From assembly GCA_958009085.1 (NCBI GenBank), contig OY253684.1:620001-684000 (forward strand): 64,000 bases of DNA, read 5' to 3'. Position 1 is the first letter of the stretch. Every line of letters starts with the position of its first letter. The position numbers were made by a program, and so were the translations under genes. This stretch comes from Protoeuglena noctilucae (Eukaryota). Positions 15,087 to 25,227 of the stretch are shown in pieces. Below the pieces are notes generated by a model. That model was not told the DNA's origin. It saw only the letters and a list, made by a program, of their open reading frames with translations, and did no database searches.

Positions 15087-15722
15087 TGTGACAGATGCAC
15101 GCGTGGGTTAGTACCAGGTGCTACGCTTTTAGCTCGTGATTGCCATCATCGCCATGCAATAAATGTGCACAGGTTGACATCGGCGCCTGTTAAGCCTTAA
15201 AAACTTGGTGCTCGCGAGGCATTCGGATGCTCGCCAACACGAGTTGTCCATGACATCGATCGCTAGCGTGGCCTGCCCTGTGCCACGCTCGGCCCGGGGC
15301 ACCCTCCGTGCCTGAGAAACCACAAAAGCAACTGCGGCTCTACTTTTCCAAAAACCGGCGAAAAAGAGAGCAAGCAAGGGGAAGTGAGTGGAGCCGGCCA
15401 CAAAGGCGCGCCGCGGATGAAACAAACTGCGCATGCTGGGAACACAAACAGCGCAGCGACATTGGCGCGGCCACACGCCCCTCGGACTGCTACGGGGAAA
15501 GTAAACGACAAGTCACTTCTTGACAGGGCGATCAGCAGCGCGGGAAGCTCGTAGGTCGGCGACACGACTAGGACTGAGCAGGGGACGGCAAGCACGCTCT
15601 ATGTATGAATGGCACGCGAGAGACCTAGGGAAAAGCGGGACTCCGCGTGGCCGTGGTCGATCGAGCCTCGCATCGAGCCGAGCCCCGAGCAAGGCACAAT
15701 CGTTAGGCGCAATCGGGGTCAT

Positions 15723-18700
15723 TCACTCGCCGTTTAAGAAGGCCTCCGCCTGCGCGTCCTCCTTCTTCTGCTGCTTTGCCGTGCGCTTGATGCGACGCTC
15801 CATGTCCATCACCTGCGAGTGGCGGGGGCGGGAGGGCGCTGTTCGCGGTGTGCGGCATGCGATGTCAAGTCTCCGCGCCAGCATCCGCGGTGGGGGGCCC
15901 AGCGCGAACCCAAGGATGAGTTAAAACTGCTATGACACGGCCAAGTGACACGCGGGGCTGTACCATGGGGTCGCCGGTTGCCAGAGAGAGGCGTACCGGC
16001 GTCCTTGTGCCAGGCGGCCTGCGCAGTCCCGCACCTTGTTGAGGATCTCGTCGAACGATGGCCGCTTCTCGTGGTCCGTCTCGAGACACGACAGGAACAG
16101 GCTCCGGACGTCGCTGGGCATGTCGTCTGGCGCGGCGATCTTGCGCCCATCCAAGCCCACCGCCGCCACCACCTGCTGCGGGGACATCCCCGCCCAGGGC
16201 CGCTGGCACGTCCACATCTGCCAGAGGATGACGCCGAAGGACCACACGTCGCACTTGGACACCAGCATGCCGTCCTTGAGCACCTCCGGGGGCATGTGCG
16301 TGGGCGTCCCAAAGCGATCCAGCTTGATGGCCTCGTTGATGTCCATGATGACGTGGGAGAGGCCGAAGTCGCCCACCTTGGCCGTGAAACCCTTGCGCGA
16401 CCGCTCGCGGCCCGTCAGCATCACGTTGTTCGCGCTGAGGTCCCTGCGACAGCCGCGGGGGGCGTGGTGGGCGTGGTGGTGGCCGATGCGAGGTGGTCCG
16501 TAGTCCAGAGGCCAGGCGACAGCGCTGCTGCTGAGATTGGTTGAACATAACAATCGACGCTTATTGATTGCAATGCAGGCACTCGGGTGCCCTCTGCACG
16601 GCACTGGGTGCCTTCTTATCGCTCCATGCGCCGTATGGACAGTGCTGCAGGGACTCACCCGTGGATGATGCCGCGGTGGTGGAGGTGGCTCACGGCCCCT
16701 GCGATCTCACGCATGACCGAGACGATGATCGGGAAATCGGGCGTCTTGTCTGGGAGTAGGAACTTCTGCTTGTCGCACGCCTCTTGCAAGTTGCCCATGT
16801 CGCTGCGGGGGCAAGCGCAACGGGCTCCAGTCACTCCCATGTCTTATGGATTGGAACACCAACACACAACAAGCACCACTCACTCTCCATGACGCAGGAC
16901 GTGGCTGCGTCGCATGCTTTGCAGTCGACAAGGACCATCGAGCGTGCCCCCGCTGCGACCCCTCAACCGCAGCGTGCCCCTCACCAGAACTCCTGCACCA
17001 TCCACGTCTCCCAGGTCCCGGGGTCATCCGCCATGGCCCGGCTGCTGAACTTGAAGCTCTGCACCAGGTTCGGGTGTGCCACGTTTACTGACAGCATGGC
17101 CTCGAACTGCGTGCGGATCTCCGTCTCAGAAGCGTCCTCGGGGGCAGGGTGCCGCATGATCTTGACGGCCACGGGGGCCCCGTCCCACAAGCCGCGGTAG
17201 ACCTGCGTCGCGGGTGCCAGGGGGCGTGTGGGTGTGCGGCTGTCGTGCTGTCAGGATGAGACACACGTGGCGGGGCCAGGACGCGATGCTTTCTTGCGCA
17301 ACCAAACACAATACAATACAAAACAACAACGTGGTTGGGATGCGCCCTGTGCCCCGTGCCCCTCGCCTGCCCGTATCCGCCCTGCCCAATGAGCCTGCCG
17401 AGCCGGACATCCACAAAGGGCGCGACGGGCGCCTTGATCTGCGTGCTCTTGGTGGCGCTGCCCACGGCGGCCCCCGACGCCATGGCCCCCGCCGCCGACC
17501 CCATCGCGTACGTCGTCGAGCTGATGGGCTTCTCCGGCACCACCGTGACAAAATACAGCACGTGGCTGGACCAGTCGGCGTCCCCGACGGGCACCAGGTC
17601 GTCGATCTCGTTCGATTCGCCGGCGTAGCCCGTCAGCGGGTTCTTGTTGAGGGTGGAGCCCCCCGTGCCGGGCAGCGGCGGCGGGCGCGCCACCGCGTTG
17701 ATGTCCATCGACTCCTCGGCCGGCTTGAACCGACACGAGACGTGGAGCTCGTCGCCGGGCACCGAACCCCGCTTGCGGACGCGCCCGGAGAGGCTGAACA
17801 CCTGCCGCGCCTGCACCGCCTCGGCAAAGTCGCCCTCGCACTTGGCCTTGGGCTGCCCAGCTGTGGGGACCGGCAGGATGAAGTCCCAGAGGGAGGCGTT
17901 CTCGTGGCCCTTGAGCCCCACGAGCGTGTGCCACTCGATGTTGGAGTAGACCACGGGCCACCCAGGCTGCGACGCGTCGACCAGCACCAGCGCCTCGGAC
18001 AGGGCGTCGAGCGCGCGCCGGAGGCGGTCCATGCCGTCGCCCTCCGCAGCCTCCCGGGACTTGGTCGCCTCCTGCGCCTTGTGCTTGGCCAAGTCGTCGC
18101 GCTCGATCTCCCGGACGACGATTTCAGAGAAGTTGGTCAGGACCTGCAGCGGCATGATGCGGGCGAGATCGACACGATGGCATAACGTGCTGCGGCGGAG
18201 TGGGTCTCGGGCGCCGGCACAGGTGATTCGCAGCCCGTCCGGAGTTTGCACATGCGCGGGGAGCTCCTCGCCTGTGCTTGCTCCTGGGTGAACTTGCGAG
18301 GCTTGGTGTCAATGACGCAGAGAGACCCGAGCCGCGTGCCGTCGGCCGTGATGAGCGGGGCGCCCGCGTAGAAGCGGATCTTGGGATCCCCTTTCACCAG
18401 CGGGTTGGCTTCGAATCTTGTGTCCTGCTCCGCATCCTCCACCACCAGCACCTCGGGGGCGTGCGGTAACAGCGTCCATGCGCAGAAGGACGAGTTGCGG
18501 TCCGTGGAGCACGCGTCGAGGCCAACCTTGGCCTTGAACCACTGCCGGTCCGCATCCACCTGCGGACGAGGAGGCGCCGAACGCGGCGTCGCGCAAAAAG
18601 CATGGACGCGGCCAGGGTCGCCCCGGCAGCGATATCTGGGGCTCGCGAGAGTGAAGCTAAACCGGCTTGGGATAGTAGGCCTGCAAGAGAGCAGTGCGTG

Positions 18701-19626
18701 TGGATGCGAAGCCGCGAGGGGCGGCGCGACGCACCAGGGACACAAGGGCGATGGGTGCTTTGAAAAGGGTGGCCAGCGTCTTGGTGATGTGGTCGAAGCG
18801 CTCCTCCGCGTCCGTGTCCAGGACCTTGAGCGCTCGCAACTTGGCCACACGTGCCTCCTCGTCGTCCGGGACCGGCGCGCCCTCGTATTGGAAGGATTCG
18901 CCGTCGACCTCGTATGTCTTGGCACCTATCTTGCCCGGGCGAGGCGCCGGCGGGCCCTTGGATTTCGTCGCCATCAGCTGCATTTGAAAACCCAGCGGGG
19001 AGGAGCGTGGAGGGGCCGGAGGGAGCGAGGGCGCGCGGCGTTGAGGCCGGCGCTGCTGCCCACCTCGGCACGAGGCTGTGTGACGGCCGTCTCCATCTCC
19101 GGGACGACGTTCGCAGCAGCTGCCGGCTCATGGGCGGCACTGTTGATCTGGAGGCGCGGGAACGCGGGCGGAGAGGGTCCGGTTGACGTGCCAGGTGGCA
19201 TGGGCCGTGTTTCGACGCTCTCCCCGCCGCTCGTCGGCCAGCAACCCGCGCTTACCGAAAGGGAAGTCTTCACCGCCTTCTGGTTCGTGGTAAGGGGCTG
19301 GCGGCCGTCCCCCCTCGCGTTCTTGCTGCGGGCACGGGATCCTCACAAGTGCGCCTCAGAGAGACCCTCGCGACGCTCCCCACCGCCACGAATACGATAT
19401 GGGAAAGGATCCGCGGCATTCGGCAGGCGGAGGAAGCCCCGTCCGGCGCCGGGGACGGCTCCTGTTTAACGGCAGCGAGCATGGGGCGCCTCTGAGCCGA
19501 GAGGCTACACGCTTCCGCGCAACAGCTGCGGCAGCAGTCCACGTGGGAGACCCCCGTGCATCTGCGCCGCTCGCCTTCTGCCGGCTTCGGTCGCGGGGCA
19601 TGAACACAACCACACCTGCCCCCCAT
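15723..19626 (-). CDS. GAF + PAS-like sensor domains fused to a TKL/MAPKKK-like protein kinase
   Basis: GAF: PDDEEARVAKLRALKVLDTDAEERFDHIT...VSL|VDADRQWFKA...FCAWT...DTRFEANPLV...IRFYAGAPL...GSLCVID. PAS-like: EALVLVDASQPGWPVVYSN. Kinase: IGQGGYGQ|VYRG, VAVK, HG|DLSANNVML, DFG, GTPTHMPPE, DVWSFG. Last exon ends AFLNGE*. Start MGG at 19626 is tentative. Confidence 0.85.
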
Positions 19627-20336
19627 GCCTAACATTACGGCAGCGCGCTTGCCTGGACGTGCAGCCCATGACACCACTCGCACACTTCTCCTTCGCCGGG
19701 ATCCGGCGGAGAGCAGCTCAGACCGCCTCGGCTCCCGTCCTTCCGCCGACTGCCGCACACGGCTGAAAGCTAATCTAAAGAGGAGAGGTCGGACCGGGAC
19801 GTCAGTCGCTGCTAAGCAGTCCGGGAGTGCACTTGGGGATTCAGCGACGCGCCCAGTCAAGCAGCGGCCGGCGTCGCCAGATCTGTTCTGGCAGGGCGTC
19901 GAGTGTTTTCTCGTGCATCGGCGTTCGCACCCCTTGACTCGTCGGCCGGAGAACGGCGGTGGCGCTCCTGCGGCTCGCGCGAGGAAGGCCCACGGCCCGC
20001 GGCCAGCTGCTGGCGGGTGCAGCCATCTCGCGATGGGACTGCTTGGTAAAAACCGCTCCGTGGCGCCGGACCTGGCCGACATGCTGGGACTAGAAAGGCT
20101 GGACAGGTGAGCAGGGCCGGCGCATCCCTCTGCGATACAATGTCGCGCTGTGACCATGCACGCATTTCAGCACCTGCCGACCTCGCCCGGCTCCCCAGGC
20201 GGAGGCGCTTGACGATCAAAGCGTGGCGAAGAGTTAAGAGCCAGCTCGACGAATCAGTGAATCGGGGATGGACACGCAGCCCGGGGGACGGCACGGGGGC
20301 GACCGTCGGGGAGGACGAGAGTGGTGCGCATTGCAG

Positions 20337-22126
20337 GGCCCCCTCTCCTCAAGCAGCCGGGGGTACGCTGCGCCTCGCTGCGCCCATGGCTACCGGTTTA
20401 CCATGTTGCCGTCGCAGACCTGTGGGACCCCGCGAATTGCTCCGGGCTGGAAGAGGTCGAGGTGCCTGTGACGGTGCCCTTGGACTTGCTGCGACCTGAC
20501 AAGTCCATGGAGGCGTTTCCAGTTCTGGTGGAGCATTGCGGAGCCCGACAGGTCCTTGTTGGCCTCGTCTTGCATGACATCCTCGGTGCGTGTCTGTGAA
20601 TAGCCCGGGGGCACCTTGTCGGCATCGCCATGCCTGCGATAGGCTTGGCAACACCACCAGCGCTGACCCCTCGGCGACTACAGAGATCGACGAGATGAGG
20701 GGCTCTGTGTCCATGGACCTCTCGATCCGCCTGCGCTGGGTCGACCCCTGCTTCCGCAACTACGAAGGGTCCAACGCAGAGGTCGAGGAGACGTGCTGGA
20801 GTGAGAGCAGTGGCTCATGCTGTTCAGTGTGCATGCGATGGAGTCCTTGGGATCGCTTCTGACTTCTACCCTTGACGATGTCCCCCGCAGAGCCCCAGGC
20901 GTGGGTCCTCAACGCACGCGCCGATGCCGACGGCTGCACCGAGGGCGCCACATACACAGTGGTCGACCGCAAGCGCGGCGTCGTGCAGTCCTTCCGCCGC
21001 TTCATTACCGAGCTGAAGAATCCTCAAGGGTATGTCAACTTCCCATTCGACAGCGACCTGCTCAGGCAAGGATAGGAGGATGCGGCTGTGGTGAGCGATG
21101 CTGTTACGCGTCGCAGTGCAGTCACGACCAGGCTGGCCGCGCCGCGCGCAGGGTGAGCAAAGGCTCCCGCGTCTTCACGGACAGCGAGGTGGTCTTCACG
21201 ATCGAGAAGCAGTGCGAGATGCAGCGCGTTCCACGCACGCTCCTCTCGTCGCTGAGTGACTGGAAAATCTACCCAGACGCCGTGTCGTTCTCGGCAGAGG
21301 GACTCCGCTTCACTGCGCAAGGTGAGACGGGGCGCCTGTGAGCTCCGCGTTGGTTGTTCTGTGTGGAGCCCTGCCATCCCTTGCACAGCTGACCCCGCAT
21401 GCATGGGGCAGACTGGGTGCCCTGCCGCCTCCCCAGGCCTGGTCAAGACGAGCGAGTGCCATATGCTCATCGTGATCCACCGCCACTCTGCGTACTACTT
21501 GTTCAAAATCACCGCCATTCAATCATTGCTATACATCTCAAACGCCTCGGTCTTCTTCATCAGCTCGGATGATCTCGCAAGCAGGTGACAACCGGCGCCG
21601 TCTTGCTGGCAGCTGGTGGATCCGCCGTCATCAGCAAGCAGGCCAGACGCTCGTGTCCCTGCTGCGCAGGTTAAGTGTCACGGTCACTCTACTCCTCGCC
21701 AGTCTCACGCACAGCTTAGTCAGCCAAGCTGACGTCCCACGCATCGGCTACACCACCACCATGGACCGCTACTTCTTTGTGAACATCTCGGTGATGACGG
21801 CGAGCATCGTCGCCTGCATCATTTCCTATAAGGCGCGCACGGCCCTGCAGAACGCCGCGCCCACGACGGGGAGCCAGCATGCGCAAGTGGACCTGCCTTT
21901 CGTGGTCGACATGGGCTTCCTGATCCTCTACCTGGCCGTGTGGATTTTCCTCCTCCTCTCCATGGGCATCCGGGCGAAGCGCACCGAGACGGCGGTGCTC
22001 GGGCTGCGGATGCAGGCGTTAATGGAGGAGATCCGGCTCCGCGGGGTCGTCTCGTCCAAAGGCATCGGCACGTCGCCCACGCTCCGCCTGATCGACCAGA
22101 TGGTGAATACGAGAGACAGCCGATAG
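20337..22126 (+). CDS. Pentameric ligand-gated ion channel subunit, Cys-less/Pro-loop type (5' end uncertain, possibly from about 20081)
   Basis: Extracellular domain VLVGLVLHDIL|EIDEMRGSVSMDLSIRLRWVDP, CW|KPQAWVLN, Pro-loop NFPFD; pre-M1 RHSAYYLFKI; M2 R|LSVTVTLLLASLTHS; M2-M3 VPRIGYTTTMDRY; M4 DMGFLILYLAVWIFLLL. Splice junctions restore the frame. Confidence 0.85.
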
Positions 22127-22584
22127 GACTAGCCAGCCCACGCGCCCATTGCCGCAGGTTCCACCCCATGTGCCCCTCTCTACCATCTGCCTTGCTAGCT
22201 GCCTTGCCCACTGCCTTGTCCACTCTGCTCGCTCTCGTTCTACCTTGCCCTGGCCAAACGCAACAAGACGTCATGCTTTTCATTCTGCCGCCTCTTGCAA
22301 GGCCGTCCACTTCAATGCCGCGCCGGCATCTAGAGACACTGCGCAGAGCGTCTACCGAGGTCTGACCGCCCCAGCGCAAGGCACGAGGGTCGGGACAATG
22401 CGGCGGAAAAGCTTGTGGAATCACGACCGTCGCGGGCTAGCGCGAGGTTAATGCGCGGTTCCGGGCGACCGCGTTGGAAAATGAGGAAAGGGAAGGGGCT
22501 CTCATCAGGGGTGGTGGGGAAGAGGTGGGGATGGGAGGTGGCGGGCAAGAGCTGCCCAGCCTCCTGGGGCAGGCGGCTGGCTCT

Positions 22585-24268
22585 TCACTCCTCCTCTGAC
22601 CAGCACTCCTCGTCCGTCCACGCCGGCGCGGGCGGCTGCTCTTCCTTGGGCTTGAGGGGCAGGCCCTTGCGCCAGCGCACGCCGCACGCGTTGCAGAGCG
22701 TGCGGGGCCCCTCGGGGCCGCACCGCCACTGGGGAGTGGATAACGCGCCGCAGTTGCGGCAGAAGTTCCGGCACTTGCGGTTGCTCTTCTTCTTGTCCTG
22801 CACACGCCAAAAACACAGGGGCTCCGTCGGGTGGGGCAGCTCCTACGCCGACATAAGAGCCGCGGTGGGATACCGAGGGTGTCGCAGGGGTGGCCAATCG
22901 CCAGCCCGCGATTGCCACCCACACGCACCTTCATGCTCTTGCGGGGCTTGAGGGCGGAGCGCCCCACGACCTGCCCCGACGCCACCGCCCGGCGCGTCGC
23001 GCGCGTGGCGATGCGACTCTCGAGCAACTCCTCCCCCGCGTCCTCGTCCTCGTCGGAGTCAGCCGCGTCCGGCGAGGCAGCGCCGGCCGTGGCGGCAGGC
23101 GCGTCGACGCCAGCCATCGCTGCGTGCGTGCTCGCCCCCGCCTCCGCGCGGTTGGCCGAGGCCGACGCCGCCGGGCCCTCCACGCCCGAGCCCGCCGCGT
23201 CCGGCGCCGGCGTGTGCCCGCGCGAGGGCCCCGCGTCGAGCAGCGACGTCGACAGCGCCACGGCCGACACGCCCTCCGCGTCCCCGCGCTGGTCCATCAG
23301 GCTCAGGTGGGTCGAGAACTGCACGTCGAGGCGGTCCGCCTCGCTGACGAGCTGCGGGAAGGACCGCGCGACGCTTCCCGGGCAGCTGAGGCAACTCCGC
23401 CCGCGTGCAGTCTGCTCCGCCATGCATGTCGCGAGCCTCACCTGGTCCATCATGAGGTTGTAGTCCGCGGCGTTGGCGTCGGGCGGGAGGGAGTGCGCCG
23501 GGGCCGGCAAGCCCGTGCCCTTGGCGTGCATGTACTCCTCGAAAACGGTGAAGAGCGGGTCCTGGGTGCTCTCGCTGCACGCGGCCCCAGCGCCCCTGCG
23601 CCCCGAAACGAGGCGGAGCGACCCCGGGGCGTCGACCGTCCCATCACCCTCGGCGCCCGCGTCGAGGAGGTCGGCGAACGTGCTCGGCCGGGGGGCTGGC
23701 AGGGGGGGGCAGCGGGGTTCTGCATCCACCTGCGACGATCGCGCGGCAGCCGGGGTGGGTCACTCGTGATCGAGGGCCAACAAGGATATGTCAGGACCGC
23801 AAAAGGCGGGCGCCGCGTGGTGAAGCGCACCTGGACAGCGGCGGCTGGGGCCCGGGGCAGGAGGGCATCCTCGGTCACGTCATCCTCGGTCACGTCGACG
23901 GGGACGGAGGGAGGGACGATCAGCAGGGCGCCGTCGTCGGCGACGCGCGACGGCTCTGTGCGAGTCCGCGCCGCGGGCGGCGCGGGGCTGACGGGGACGG
24001 TGACCGGGTGCTCGACGGCGCAACCGCGGACCGGCACAAACACCTCAAAGGGCGACGAGGGGCGCGGCGGATGATCCGACTCGGCGACGCGGACGGTAGA
24101 AGTACCCACGGCGACCTCCGCGGCGGGCTCGGCGGGGCGCACGCTCTCCCAGGCGGCCTTGGCCATCAGGAGGTGGCTGGCGCGCATGTCAAAGTGGGCG
24201 CCCGTGACGAGCACGGCGCGCGATTGGAAGTGGCCCTCAGGCATGTCGATCTGGAGCGCTCCGGACAT
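22585..24268 (-). CDS. GATA zinc-finger transcription factor (C-x2-C-x18-C-x2-C)
   Basis: Last exon [33 protein letters not shown], upstream exons joined by GT-AG introns. Start at 24268 is tentative. Confidence 0.85.
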
Positions 24269-25227
24269 GGCGTGGAGACGGCGATCGCGGGGCGGGGCCC
24301 TGCGGGCGCGCGGGGTCACGATGTAGCCAGTTTGGACAGTTGCGGGGCTCTGCGGTGCGAGCGCCGCCGGGAGGCATCGGGGAGCACGTGAGGCGATCTA
24401 CTCAGACGTCGAGCACCGCGAGAGCGCCCTGTCGCGGCCGGGGAGGGCGCGCAGCTGCGCTCCCGCCTCCCAGCCACGTGCAGCGCGCGCACCTCGGGGG
24501 ACGCGACGGGGACGCCCAGCGGGGACGCGGACGGCAGAGGGCCTGCACGCCTCGTGTCACAGATGCAGGTGCGACTCCTGCGGGGCACCAACCGGGCCTG
24601 TGACGTGACACGGAGCACGGCGCGCCTTGGAAGACCACCAGTCAGGCTCCCCGCCCTCGCGAAGCGCATCCCCACGCATCCCAGCGCAACATACAGGCGA
24701 AGAATGGGCCAGGGAAGGGCAGGGAGCCACCCGAAAAAGCCTCCCCAGAGCAGGAAGGCGTCCGCGGGTCCACGTAAGTGAGGGGGACAAGGACCCGACC
24801 CCAGCCACGACACAGCAAATATTTGGATCGAAACAAGCACGGTGAGCCTGCGGGGAGCAGCGAAGGCCGGCACCGCGGCCTCGGAGGTGCCCTCCCACGC
24901 GCACCTGCGCGCTGAGCGGTACCCTTTGCTGTCCGGCACCACAAACCGAGATTATTAAGTCCGAGAAAGCGCTGGCGATGCGACACCGATCGGGAAACAC
25001 GAAGCGTGACGGTCCCCGGCCTGGACGGTTCGAGACGAAAACCACGGAGCACACCCGGGGCACGGGCAGCGGGATCGAGTTCAGGGGAGGAGCGGATGTT
25101 GGCCGGTTTGGTCCTCCTGGGACGACGGGTGACGCGGCTGGCCCCGGTCAGACGAGACGTTTTCGGGCAGCCCAGGGCAATCGAAATCCGCAGGGATGGC
25201 AGTCTCCGTGCCTTCAAAGCTGCATTG

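Noticed and set aside
15415..15462. ATGA...GA hairpin resembling a SECIS element
   Set aside because: The stem geometry does not fit SECIS, and no nearby gene has a plausible in-frame Sec UGA.
17880..18010. Possible LOV photoreceptor domain in the GAF kinase
   Set aside because: Lacks the GxNCRFLQ flavin-adduct motif, so it is called PAS-like only.
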